Positions 20,926 to 30,382 of a stretch of 64,000 bases of DNA are shown here, in pieces. The first letter of the stretch is position 1, and every line of letters begins with the position of its first letter. The notes under the pieces are model-generated. The model worked only from the letters and a program-made list of their open reading frames with translations. It was not told where the DNA came from and searched no databases. The position numbers and the translations under genes are program-made. This DNA is from Pseudomonadota bacterium (GTDB lineage: Bacteria > UBA10199 > 2-02-FULL-44-16 > JAAZCA01). The stretch lies in the NCBI GenBank assembly GCA_043822785.1, contig JBDRBN010000074.1, positions 203 to 64,202 on the forward strand, given 5' to 3'.

Positions 20926-22580
20926 CGGTTTGTTCGGCGATAGATGTCTATTCCATAGAGTGTTGTTTGCTTGACGTAGTTGTTGTCGATATATCGTTTG
21001 AGCAGCGGGTATTTATCGATGGGGTACTTAATATAGTCGTGGATGTTCGCGGGGGATGTGTCCAGGATGTAGACCGGCTTGTCCTTCTCGAGGTCGCTCA
21101 TGAACCACTCCCAGCTTCCTTCCACTATATTGAAAGTGGTGTCGAAGTTGAGGTTGTAGGCGGTCTCAGACCCTGGCACCCGTCCGGTCAGGTAATCCGA
21201 CAGGATGAATCGGGTTGCGGGGTAGCGCTTGGCGTAGAAATAGATGCTGTTGCCCCATCCCCAGATGTAGATGGTCTCGTCAGGAGCGCTCCTCTCGCTT
21301 ATGTAACGGCCCACCTCGGCCTGGAACGGAGAATAGTCGAGCTCATTTATTGCGTCGTGAATCCATGGCGAGAACCACCTGAGGCCCCAAAGCACTAGGG
21401 CGGGTATGATGAGCGCCCATCGTTTCCAGGCGATATTCCATCTCGTTATCTTCTTCCATTCGAACCACTGAGGAGGGAAGGAGAGTGCGGCGAGGACGGC
21501 CAGCGGCGGAAAGATCTGCGTGAAATACCTGCTGTAGAATCGCCCTCCGGTACAGACTGCGGCGTAGCTCCACAGAAACCACAGGGCTACGAACACTGTA
21601 AACTCCTTCAGGAAGTCCGGAGTTTTTTCACTTCGCTTGAAGCTATGCACTACCGTCTGGACGGCGGAGAACCAGACGACGAAGGCCACAAGAATCATGA
21701 GTGACGTGCGGGTAAACCCCTTCTTGAGGACGTTGATCGTTTTGATCCCGACCTCGATGTAATCGAATTCGTACTGCAGGGTCCAGAAGACGTAGCTGTC
21801 CCAGCTGCCAGCCTGCCAGAGATAGAGGAAGACTGCACCGTAAACTGCGGCGTAGGCCAGCGAGATGAGAAGAGTGTTGCCGATGGCGGTGAGACACCGG
21901 CCGAGGCGCTCCCCGCTCGCTGAGCAAAAGATCGGCTCGTAGATGAGGAAATAGGTTCCAATGGCCGGGAGGAGGATGCCTGCCTGGTAGCGGAACTGGC
22001 CAGCGATTCCCAGAAAGAATCCGCTGGCCAGCCACATCCACGCCTTCCTCTGCTTAAGGTTGACGAGGATGAAAAGGGCGGAGATGCACATTGGGAGGTT
22101 CATGAGCGTCTCGCCGTCCGAGGATATGATCTTGAACTCGCCGAGCGTCGTAAGGACTGAAAAGATGATCGCGCCCGAGAGTGCGGCTTCCCTCCCGGCG
22201 AACTGCCTCACGATTGCGAAGACGATAGCCGCCGTGCATGAGACCCATAGGATCGTGACAGCGTGGACGGCGTAGAGGTTGAAGGTTCCGAAGAGAGAGA
22301 GGACGACATAGTAGTAGAGGTAAAGGAAGAAGGGCTTTTCGCCGATCATCGTGGTGTAGGGTGCCTCCCCGCGGATCATGTTGATGGCGAACTGGGCCCA
22401 CTGGGGTTCGGCGATCTCGACCGCTATTTGAAAGAGCGTGCTGGCCCTGAGGAAGAGGTTGATCGCGATCAGTAGGAGCACGATCTTCCATGGTGGCAGG
22501 CTTAAAGTTATCTGCTGCCAGGCGCCCAAAGAGGGCATCTTTTCAAGCGCCGGATACTTTTCGATGGTAGCGTTTTCCAT
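20922..22580 (-). CDS. ArnT/PMT-like polytopic membrane glycosyltransferase
   Basis: 552 aa with about 12 TM helices and a C-terminal soluble domain. Its neighbours are GT2 and YdjC genes. Overlapping other-frame ORFs were rejected. Confidence 0.55.
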   Translation of the reverse strand: MENATIEKYPALEKMPSLGAWQQITLSLPPWKIVLLLIAINLFLRASTLFQIAVEIAEPQWAQFAINMIRGEAPYTTMIGEKPFFLYLYYYVVLSLFGTFNLYAVHAVTILWVSCTAAIVFAIVRQFAGREAALSGAIIFSVLTTLGEFKIISSDGETLMNLPMCISALFILVNLKQRKAWMWLASGFFLGIAGQFRYQAGILLPAIGTYFLIYEPIFCSASGERLGRCLTAIGNTLLISLAYAAVYGAVFLYLWQAGSWDSYVFWTLQYEFDYIEVGIKTINVLKKGFTRTSLMILVAFVVWFSAVQTVVHSFKRSEKTPDFLKEFTVFVALWFLWSYAAVCTGGRFYSRYFTQIFPPLAVLAALSFPPQWFEWKKITRWNIAWKRWALIIPALVLWGLRWFSPWIHDAINELDYSPFQAEVGRYISERSAPDETIYIWGWGNSIYFYAKRYPATRFILSDYLTGRVPGSETAYNLNFDTTFNIVEGSWEWFMSDLEKDKPVYILDTSPANIHDYIKYPIDKYPLLKRYIDNNYVKQTTLYGIDIYRRTNR

Positions 22581-22589
22581 AGGTCGCGT

Positions 22590-23489
22590 TTACGAATCAA
22601 TCTTGCAAAAGCCGCATATGATGTCATTGACACGGCCTTTGATGAACTTTTGCCTTGTCTCCTTGTATTTTGCTCCTCCCCATACGTTCGCGATTGTTGT
22701 TCTGCTCACATTGCCCAATATATGTTTGCGCTCCCAGTCACAGCAGCAGAGTATGAGGTCTCCGTTGAAGAGTATCCACGCGTAGGAGAAGAGCCTTCGG
22801 CAGAACGATCGCGGGTTCCAGCGCCTCACGTTGAGCTGCGATTCCTCGATGGACTTGTTGAGCCTGTTTTCCAAGGGCTTGACGACGAGCTTTATTCCCC
22901 TGTCGCACCAGAATTTCCTGTGCTCGTCAATCTCCTTCTGCACGAAGCCGGTATTTACCATGCGGATCTCGAAGTAGGGGCGCCTCGCGTTGCGTCGCTC
23001 ACGGATCGTTATAAAGTTCTCGAGATTTTTCAGCACTTCGCCATATTTGAGTCCCACCATCGTCTTTTCGTATGCATCCGGGTCGACGCCCTGAAAGCTC
23101 ACTATCAGCCGGTCGAGGCCACTCTCTATGAGCTCTTCGCTCATTCTCTCGTCGAGCAACGCGCCGTTGGTGTAGATCTCTATTACGGTCGAGCTGTGCC
23201 TCCTCTCATCGATGTATTTTATAAACGCAGGCAGCCGCTTATCCACGAGTGGTTCGTTCATGAGATAGGGCTTTATCTTGCTAGGGCGGCGATCGACAGC
23301 CTCATCGATGATCTTTTTGAAAAGGCCCTCGTCCATCTTGCCGTGAGGCATCTCGGGCGGGAGGGTGCTCGCCGGACAAAAGATGCACTTTGCGTTGCAT
23401 CTGCTCACGGTCTGAATTTGTATCTCCCTGGGGAAATCGGTGAGGCAAAGCCCCGAAAGTCTCCGAAGCAGGCTATCTTGCAGATTCAT
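22590..23489 (-). CDS. radical SAM protein with C-terminal Cys-rich (SPASM/twitch-like) region
   Basis: CNAKCIFC (CxxxCxxC) near the N-terminus. C-terminal cysteines sit in CCCDWE and CGFCK. Confidence 0.75.
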   Translation of the reverse strand: MNLQDSLLRRLSGLCLTDFPREIQIQTVSRCNAKCIFCPASTLPPEMPHGKMDEGLFKKIIDEAVDRRPSKIKPYLMNEPLVDKRLPAFIKYIDERRHSSTVIEIYTNGALLDERMSEELIESGLDRLIVSFQGVDPDAYEKTMVGLKYGEVLKNLENFITIRERRNARRPYFEIRMVNTGFVQKEIDEHRKFWCDRGIKLVVKPLENRLNKSIEESQLNVRRWNPRSFCRRLFSYAWILFNGDLILCCCDWERKHILGNVSRTTIANVWGGAKYKETRQKFIKGRVNDIICGFCKIDS

Positions 23490-23688
23490 GTTTGAGGTCC
23501 CGTGTAACTCCTTGCGCGGTTCTGCGTATTGCCCGATGGATTCGGATCTCGATTAATCCGACATCCTATAGGCATTTAGGCATTGCGTTGCGTGGGCGAA
23601 ACCTGCAGGCCGCGCGGATTCCCTTTAATGATCGCCAAGCCGGCATCACTAGAACAAAAAGATTTGCAAATCAAGCAATTCCCGAGAG

Positions 23689-24036
23689 TTATTGTGAGAC
23701 ATCCACAGCGGCGCCGGCTCCGGAATCTCGCAGGTTCGTCGACAGGGCACCCCTGGGTGACGGCGCCATGCTCCCCCGCGACCAGTCCATGCGATAGATG
23801 ATCATGTTATTTCTGCCAAAGACCCCAAAGATCGCGGCGTAGAACCAATAGATGCCCAAAGGCTTGGTGTCGAGCGAACTTATGTATGGCTTGCCGCCTG
23901 CCAATAGCCAATCTGCAAAACCTGCGAACTGGGATTCATCCACATCCAGGATGGGCGTCCAAAACGCAGGCAGCCTGAGGATAAAGATCACTGCGAGAAC
24001 GATAAAAGCGTATATCCAGGTTCTATTGAACTTCAT
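23689..24036 (-). pseudogene. N-terminal fragment of a PMT/ArnT-like glycosyltransferase (truncated)
   Basis: The 115 aa ORF has TM helices and PILDVDESQFAGFADW. This matches the first-loop motif of the 10418-11959 protein (KFLDVDEAAWTFNGYF). No downstream continuation. Confidence 0.4.
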
Positions 24037-24172
24037 AGAGTCGCCGCATTTCAGAGGAAATTATGAAGGTTGTCAAGGCAATGAGCATCAAATTTCCAAT
24101 TTATAATATCTAATTTCGTCTTTTTTATTGGATATCAGGCAAAGGCGATATTGGAAATTAGAAATTAGATTA

Positions 24173-24514
24173 TCAGCAAGTAAGATGAAACGCTGCCACT
24201 GTCTTGCTCTTATCCTCCAGCGAGTTGTACTCCACCACTGCCTCAGGCGTGGGAACCGATATCAACTCGATGTTGTTTTGTTGGCAATAATGCAGAACTT
24301 CAGAGAGCACCTCGCACATGCCGCTGGCCCCTGTGCCTATTATGAGCGTCTCTGGCGGGGGAGTTAAACATTCCGCCAGATCAAAGACAGAAACTTCGTG
24401 TCCGCTCTTGCGCCACCACTCAGGCTTTACGCCATTGGGAGTTATGATGACGTCATTATGATAATCCTTACCGTCTATTTTGATATGACCAAAGCTGTAT
24501 GAGTCGATTTTCAT
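24173..24514 (-). CDS. Mth938-like domain protein (DUF498)
   Basis: 113 aa. The sequence IIITPNGV...LIIGTGASG fits the Mth938-like fold family. Confidence 0.6.
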   Translation of the reverse strand: MKIDSYSFGHIKIDGKDYHNDVIITPNGVKPEWWRKSGHEVSVFDLAECLTPPPETLIIGTGASGMCEVLSEVLHYCQQNNIELISVPTPEAVVEYNSLEDKSKTVAAFHLTC

Positions 24515-24529
24515 AGGAGAAATTATAAA

Positions 24530-25681
24530 TTATTTTGGAGTCAAATTGGCCGGCTCTTCAAGTATATCTAAGATAGATTGAGCACAGTAAACGCGGTCGC
24601 GTTTGGTTTTGCTGACTTCCTTTAAGATCATTAATTTCTGTAATTTATCAATAGCTCGCTGCGCTGTTGTGTAAGCAACCCCCAGAGTTTGGGCAGCTTT
24701 ATTAATTGTGATAAATGGATTTGCTGCGATTAAATCTACCAGTTGTATGGGAGTTTTGGTGGATGCCCCGGCAACCGACTTTCGCCAATTGACCAATTTT
24801 TGATTTATTCGCTCAGCTCTGCTCAGAGCATCCTCTGATTGACGGGCAACTCCATTGAGGAAATATTCTAACCATGTTTCCCATTCGCTTCGCTTGGTAA
24901 CACTTAGAAGCAGATCATAATAGTCATTCCTTGTAGCTTCAAAGAAAGCGCTGAGATAAAGAAGTGGGGTTGGCAATATTGCACGTTCAACTAAAAAGAG
25001 TGTGATTAGTAAGCGTCCTATACGTCCATTACCGTCAAGAAATGGATGAATGGCTTCAAATTGGTAGTGGATAAGAGCTGCTTGTACCAGTGGAGGAAGG
25101 GATAAATCGTGCATAAATATTTCCAAATCACCAAGACATGCCATCAATTCACTTGGGGGAGGCGGTACATAAGTTGCGTTTATCAATGTGCTGCCGGGCC
25201 TTCCTATCCAGTTTTGAGAACGGCGAAACTCACCCGGTGTTGCATGATCTCCTCGTACACCGTGCATAAGTTTTTTGTGTAATTCGCTTAAAAGACGAAG
25301 AGAAAGCGGAAGGGTTTTTAATCTTTTAATCCCATACTCAAGGGCTACAACATAGTTAGCCACTTCGCGAAGGTCGTCAGGGCTTCGGTCGACATGCGCA
25401 CCTGCTTCATTTGCCAACAGTTCTCCCAGCGTTGCCTGTGTGCCTTCGATGCGGCTTGAAAGAACTGCTTCACGCCTTATAAAAGGGCGCATCAATAAAT
25501 GGGGGTTGGGCAACCTGCCACCTTCTCCTGCCAGCTTGCCGATTAAGCGGTCGGCATCTGAGAGGACACGCGAAAGCTTTAATGACCATTTTAACGTGGG
25601 TGGTAATCTGTTGGGTATAAATGCAGTATAGCCCTCTGGACACCGAATATCCCTGCCGGAGGCCTCATTTTTGTGGGGCAT
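24530..25681 (-). CDS. Fic family protein (with inhibitory SxxxEG motif and C-terminal winged helix)
   Basis: Fic motif HPFLDGNGRIGR. Upstream inhibitory-helix-like motif SSRIEGT. Confidence 0.9.
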   Translation of the reverse strand: MPHKNEASGRDIRCPEGYTAFIPNRLPPTLKWSLKLSRVLSDADRLIGKLAGEGGRLPNPHLLMRPFIRREAVLSSRIEGTQATLGELLANEAGAHVDRSPDDLREVANYVVALEYGIKRLKTLPLSLRLLSELHKKLMHGVRGDHATPGEFRRSQNWIGRPGSTLINATYVPPPPSELMACLGDLEIFMHDLSLPPLVQAALIHYQFEAIHPFLDGNGRIGRLLITLFLVERAILPTPLLYLSAFFEATRNDYYDLLLSVTKRSEWETWLEYFLNGVARQSEDALSRAERINQKLVNWRKSVAGASTKTPIQLVDLIAANPFITINKAAQTLGVAYTTAQRAIDKLQKLMILKEVSKTKRDRVYCAQSILDILEEPANLTPK

Positions 25682-26148
25682 ATTATTCCTTTTCGACAGC
25701 GAAAATACCTTTGATTACTATTATCGGAATTATACAAAATCGATAATAAGCACGTCAAGCTGTTTTCATCATATATCACGACGCCAACACATTAGGATTT
25801 TGTCACCGATATCTCTGTCACTGCTGCTGTTCACTTGTCAATAATAGAGGCGAGAAAAGCGAGACATGCGAGAGACGCCAGCAACGTAAGAAACGCATTC
25901 CCCTCCTTTGTAAGGAGGGGCTAGGGGAGGTAGATCAAGAAAAGGCGAAATTGGAAATTGGATTTTCAGGAGGATGAAGGGGGTCAGAAGCGCCCCTTTA
26001 GGAAATTAACATCGGTGCTGTGCAGAGTTTATTTTTTTGTAATGGAGGATCGATGAAACATTTTCATAAAAGAATGTTGGCTGTCGGTTTCCTGTTGGCG
26101 ATGCTCGCCATGTTGGTCTTCATAATCCTTCAATCTTAGGACGGCGGG

Positions 26149-26220
26149 ATACCAGTAAGAAGCGGATTGCTGCTGGTATGCTTAACTACCAGTGGGAATC
26201 AGCTTGTTGTTGGTAGTTCA
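26149..26220. repeat. direct repeat copy A (~72 bp), pairs with 30383-30455
   Basis: ATACCAGTAAGAAGCGGATTGCTGCTGGTATGCTTAACTACCAGTGGGAATCAGCTTGTTGTTGGTAG has about 80% identity to copy B in the same orientation. Confidence 0.6.
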
Positions 26221-26236
26221 CGTTGCAAAGGCATCT

Positions 26237-26584
26237 TTACGTCTCCCGAATCATCATAAGCAACATCTTGAACCGCTCTGGGGCCTTGAGAGCGTGAGGC
26301 ACGCCCGCCGGCATCAAGATCGTTTCATCTTTGCCGACACGCCTGGGAACGCCACCGATCGTAATCTCCGCCAGGCCGTCCAGCACATAAACAAGCGCGT
26401 CGAATGGCGCCGTGTGCTCGCTGAGCCCCTGGCCCTTGTCAAAGGCGAACACTGTCACCGTCCCAGCCTTCTTCTTGATGATCTCGCGACTCACGACAGC
26501 GCCGGTCTGGTAGGCAACGAGCTCGAGCGCATTGCCGCCCTCGAACCTCTCGGTCGTCTTGCTCTCTTCATACTTAGTCATCAT
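26237..26584 (-). CDS. cupin domain protein
   Basis: 115 aa, small barrel-like sequence with GxxxxH-type motifs. Size and pattern suggest a cupin. Confidence 0.55.
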   Translation of the reverse strand: MMTKYEESKTTERFEGGNALELVAYQTGAVVSREIIKKKAGTVTVFAFDKGQGLSEHTAPFDALVYVLDGLAEITIGGVPRRVGKDETILMPAGVPHALKAPERFKMLLMMIRET

Positions 26585-26832
26585 TTCACCCTTCGCCTTT
26601 CACCTTTGAGCTTGGACCTTTTATCCTCCCCCATCCTCTCAAACATATATGCCACTAACGTCCCTCTGCCAAAGGTAATAATAAAAAAATCGTCAGGCGA
26701 AGCAATGGGCGAATAAATATAACACCATGAATTCTAATCTATATGTTTGCTGCGTCTGATGGGTTTTTTTAGACGAAATACACCAAAAACGATTATTGAT
26801 GAATCATATCGACAAGTTTTCCCATTTCACCC

Positions 26833-27831
26833 CTAGAGGTGACCTACGGTTTTGTTTTTCTCATACTTCTTTACCGCATCCTTAAGCTCGCCAGCGATTA
26901 CGAACCTCAAATCTCCTGGCTCTACCACCTCGGCGTGACTTCCAAATGACATCACCCAACTCTTCATCTCGGCCGTTCCTTCGACCGTCATAGAAAGATC
27001 AATTGAACCGTCGCTGTTTTCGATTATCTCCTGCGTAGGATGCCACTTGCGTTCCTTGACGTAATAGGCAACGTCCTTATCGAAATGAATCTTCACCGGA
27101 ATCGGGTCTCCGTCCATCACCCGAAAACGTCCTCTCGTAAACTCCTCTATCGAGAAGTCCTCGGGTATTTTGAACTTGTGCTCAGTTAGATTTGCCTTCT
27201 CTATCCTGTCGAGAACAAAGAGGCGCTGCTGCTTGCGTTCGTGGCAAAAACCGATCACATAAATCGACCCACCCATGAACCATACGTGATATGGATCGAC
27301 CCTTCGGTCCAGGACTTCACCCCTAGAAGATTTGTATCTCATTTCTATTGTGTGATGCTCAAGCAAAGCTGTGTTTATCACGTCCACGGTCTCTCGTTGC
27401 CCGCGGTAGTCCTTCCTGCCATGCAGTCCCACCTTGAATGTCTTCGCCAGCCCATCAATGAAGGCATGAGACTCCGGACTAAGCATTGAGCGCACCTTCT
27501 CAAAGGCGCTCCTGAGCGATTCGGAAAATATAGTTCCCTCAAATGCTTTGAGATGATCGTGTGCTATAGAAAGAGCCATAAGCTCGGTGAGCGTAAAAGG
27601 TATGGGCATTTTCGAACGATAGCCCTCGACGAATAACCATCGCTCAGCGCCTTCTTCTTTTTCGGAATAAAGCGGAAAGCCTGCATGTTCCAGTGCTTCC
27701 ATGTCGCGATATATTGTGCGGACGTTGCTCTCTAACTCAGACGCAAGCTCGGGCACCGATACCCCCATTCGTCTTGCCTCAAGTATTTGCAATATCTGCC
27801 ACTGCCTTGATATCTGATCTCCCCTGGGCAT
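26833..27831 (-). CDS. HTH-WYL domain transcriptional regulator (DriD/PafBC/BrxR-like)
   Basis: N-terminal DeoR-type HTH (ILQILEARRMGVSVPELASEL). A WYL-type central domain and a C-terminal extension follow. Start at MPRGD has a GGAGG RBS. Confidence 0.75.
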   Translation of the reverse strand: MPRGDQISRQWQILQILEARRMGVSVPELASELESNVRTIYRDMEALEHAGFPLYSEKEEGAERWLFVEGYRSKMPIPFTLTELMALSIAHDHLKAFEGTIFSESLRSAFEKVRSMLSPESHAFIDGLAKTFKVGLHGRKDYRGQRETVDVINTALLEHHTIEMRYKSSRGEVLDRRVDPYHVWFMGGSIYVIGFCHERKQQRLFVLDRIEKANLTEHKFKIPEDFSIEEFTRGRFRVMDGDPIPVKIHFDKDVAYYVKERKWHPTQEIIENSDGSIDLSMTVEGTAEMKSWVMSFGSHAEVVEPGDLRFVIAGELKDAVKKYEKNKTVGHL

Positions 27832-27902
27832 CAGTACCTCCGTATGATGAAGCAAATCCTAAGTTAAAAACACGAAATCCTAAACGAATACAAACTGCAA
27901 GA

Positions 27903-29144
27903 TCACATCACGAGATTCTCCTCTTCTTCATCCTCGTCGACGTTTTTGCGCCTGACCAGCCGCGTGCTCTTCGTAGCCTTCACCTTTACCATATCCGCAA
28001 GAGGCTTTGGCACCTCTACCAGCCAGCTGTGTTTCTTCGCATAAGATTTGAACACCGGGCCGTTTAGCCTCACAAGATCGTCCCAAATTCCCAGAGCATG
28101 AAGACCAGCCTCGAACTCGTCGCGATAAGGGTCTTTCGAGTGGGGATAGTCCAGCGCAATGTCGTCGTGTATGTTGAGTGTCCGGCTGGCGCCAAAGACA
28201 CGATCGTAACCCTTTTTCATGGCCCACTGTATAGCAGCCTCTGTTATCGCCGTCTGGTCCTCGGCCAGAACGTGCAACTCGGCTTCCAGCTCCTTTTTCT
28301 TCCTGTCGATTACAGTGAGCCTGTTCACAAGGTCAACACCCTCTTCATTCCTGTACTCGTCCTTAGGGAGCACGTCGATGCGAAACTTGTGTGCGAAGAG
28401 CGGGCATATATCCTGATATGCGCAATAGCTGCAAAGGCCACTCTCTTTCGGTGGGAATTTGTCGGCAGCCTCGATTTGGTCTATCAGAGCTATTGTGCTC
28501 TTTTTGACATCCTCGAGCTGCTCAGCAGTTCTAGAAGAGCGCATTTCTTTATCGAAGACAACGTAGTGCCAGACAAGATCGGCTTTCTTCACATCCGGCC
28601 AGGCCTGCCTGAGTCCGATCTCGTACAGGGCAAGCTGGCGATCGCGATCAAGATATTCTTGCAGAGGAAGCGTGCCGGAAGTTTTATAATCGTGTATCTC
28701 GTAGAAGCCGTCCTCTTTCTCCACTATCCTGTCTAGATACCCCCTGACCCGATGGGTCTGGTTGTTGTCCAGACCGATCATGAGCTGTTTCTCTATTCCA
28801 AGGTTCTTTCCCTGATCAAACGGCGCGTACCGATCGTAGTATTTCTCGATCGCATCAAGGCCTATCCGACGATAATCTTCGGCCGTGCGGTCCGTCCGGA
28901 TTACAAAGACATGCTCGCCGAAGTTTCTGTCCCAGAGATCGTTGAAGAGGGCCTTTAGATCTTCTGCGGTGTTGTCGCGGAAGGAGCGCTCGGCGTAGAG
29001 CTTCTCCATAACTTCATGAAAGCGCTTTCCCATGAAAGCCTCGATTGAGTCCTCTTCGCGCTTTATGCGATCGATATACTTGTACTTGTATTGCAACGGG
29101 CAATTTTCGTACGTAGAAAGTCTGCTATGAGAATAGACAGTCAT
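27903..29144 (-). CDS. Cas4/RecB-like PD-(D/E)XK nuclease with Fe-S cysteine cluster and C-terminal extension
   Basis: N-terminal YSHSRLSTYENCPLQYKYKYI and nuclease motifs EIHDYKTSG and QLALYE. C-terminal CSYCAYQDICP gives a four-Cys cluster together with the N-terminal Cys. About 150 extra C-terminal residues end in an acidic tail. Start taken at MTVYSH, which has a GGGGAGGTG RBS. Confidence 0.7.
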   Translation of the reverse strand: MTVYSHSRLSTYENCPLQYKYKYIDRIKREEDSIEAFMGKRFHEVMEKLYAERSFRDNTAEDLKALFNDLWDRNFGEHVFVIRTDRTAEDYRRIGLDAIEKYYDRYAPFDQGKNLGIEKQLMIGLDNNQTHRVRGYLDRIVEKEDGFYEIHDYKTSGTLPLQEYLDRDRQLALYEIGLRQAWPDVKKADLVWHYVVFDKEMRSSRTAEQLEDVKKSTIALIDQIEAADKFPPKESGLCSYCAYQDICPLFAHKFRIDVLPKDEYRNEEGVDLVNRLTVIDRKKKELEAELHVLAEDQTAITEAAIQWAMKKGYDRVFGASRTLNIHDDIALDYPHSKDPYRDEFEAGLHALGIWDDLVRLNGPVFKSYAKKHSWLVEVPKPLADMVKVKATKSTRLVRRKNVDEDEEEENLVM

Positions 29145-29253
29145 CTCGATCACCTCCCCTGGCCCGAATGGGCTCTGATAATAAAATATAGCAATTATAT
29201 CTGCAAGCCATGCCTGCTTAGCCAAACTTCGCACTTTTTTATCTTCAGATACG

Positions 29254-29664
29254 TTATCCAGACGCAACCACGCATTCGCACACGTTAAGCAGCCGTATGA
29301 TAAAGCGCCAGGCGTCGCGCGTGGGAAACTCCATACTAAATTCAGCATGATTCTCATTTTTGCGACAGCTGACTTTTAGGATGGAGATATCATCGTTTCT
29401 GTATTGAAGCCTGAACTGCACGCCGGAAACACTAGGACGACCTGGGATCGTAAGGTTTCCCTCTATAATGAACCTTCTTATGACGTCCAGTAATGTCTCT
29501 CCATCCGCCCATAAGTATTCCTCGTGGACCACAAAGCCCGAACACCCGCGCGAGGGTTTAATCCGAAGCTGAACGCTCAGACCATAACCCTCAAATCGAC
29601 TCACCGGTCTCACGTCCAGAAAAGCACCCTTATAGCCTTTCAGCCATAGTCTAGGCATTATCAC
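29254..29664 (-). CDS. hypothetical protein (136 aa) upstream of the nuclease
   Basis: ORF on the same strand 110 bp upstream of the nuclease. No recognisable domain. Confidence 0.4.
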   Translation of the reverse strand: MIMPRLWLKGYKGAFLDVRPVSRFEGYGLSVQLRIKPSRGCSGFVVHEEYLWADGETLLDVIRRFIIEGNLTIPGRPSVSGVQFRLQYRNDDISILKVSCRKNENHAEFSMEFPTRDAWRFIIRLLNVCECVVASG

Positions 29665-29793
29665 CTCCTGCTAGAATCATACCCCAGTAGTGCGTCATCT
29701 AAGGTCACCATAACTTTTCTGGCCCTGCCTGATCTCATGGCCCTGCCTGTCACACCACTGCCTTACACTTAAGACAAGGAAAGGGGGGTTGTT

Positions 29794-30237
29794 ATGAACA
29801 AGATAATCTCTATAGCTATTTGCCTCGCGGCGGTCGTGCTCTTATCAATCGAGGCTTATGGGCAGACACATATCGGCAAATACAGTGCTAATCCATATCA
29901 GACGGATTCGACGAGCAACCCCTACGGCGCGGGCAGCCCGTATCGCTCGGACAGCATAAACAATCCGTACGGCAAATACGGAAGTCCCTACAGCAACGAG
30001 TCGGTAAACAACCCTTACGCAACTGACGCACCCAAGCTCTACGACAACGATGGCAACTACCGAGGCAGGCTTAGCAACAACCCGTATGACGCTGACTCTA
30101 CTTCAAACCCTTATGGACGATACGGCAGCCCGTATTCGCCGGACAGCATCAACAACCCCTATGGCGCTGGAAGTCCATACAGGCTGGACAGCCCGAACAA
30201 CCCGTATGGGCAGGGGCTCGATATGTATGGAGATTAA
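29794..30237 (+). CDS. secreted tandem-repeat protein (NPYG/SPY repeats)
   Basis: Signal peptide MNKIISIAICLAAVVLLSIEAYG. At least 8 repeats of (S/N)NPYGxxGSPYxxDSxNNPY follow. Confidence 0.6.
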   Translation: MNKIISIAICLAAVVLLSIEAYGQTHIGKYSANPYQTDSTSNPYGAGSPYRSDSINNPYGKYGSPYSNESVNNPYATDAPKLYDNDGNYRGRLSNNPYDADSTSNPYGRYGSPYSPDSINNPYGAGSPYRLDSPNNPYGQGLDMYGD

Positions 30238-30382
30238 ATAACAACCGGCTTCCTACTGGTAGATTAGATTTTGCTCTTTGTTCAGCAAGGTGAACAGGCG
30301 TAAATCATAAATTTCAACTCGCGTTTTATTTGCATGTGATTTCAGCAGGTTGGTGGGGGTAGAAGCGGTTCCCTAGTTTCAT

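Noticed and set aside
21643-22491. ORFs 21643-22041(-), 21695-21961(-), 22054-22491(-), 22263-22475(+)
   Set aside because: Arg/Pro/Gly-rich other-frame translations within the ArnT-like membrane glycosyltransferase gene. They are typical shadow ORFs.
18257-23489. Hopanoid side-chain pathway (HpnI GT2, HpnK YdjC deacetylase, HpnJ radical SAM) interpretation
   Set aside because: No squalene-hopene cyclase, HpnH or HpnG is in the window. The radical SAM protein is ~300 aa without a B12-binding domain, unlike HpnJ. The presence of an ArnT-like transferase fits an Lgm/NaxD-type pathway better.
26053-26139. 28 aa hydrophobic mini-ORF MKHFHKRMLAVGFLLAMLAMLVFIILQS
   Set aside because: Too short and without supporting context. 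It could still be a real small membrane peptide, but the evidence is insufficient.
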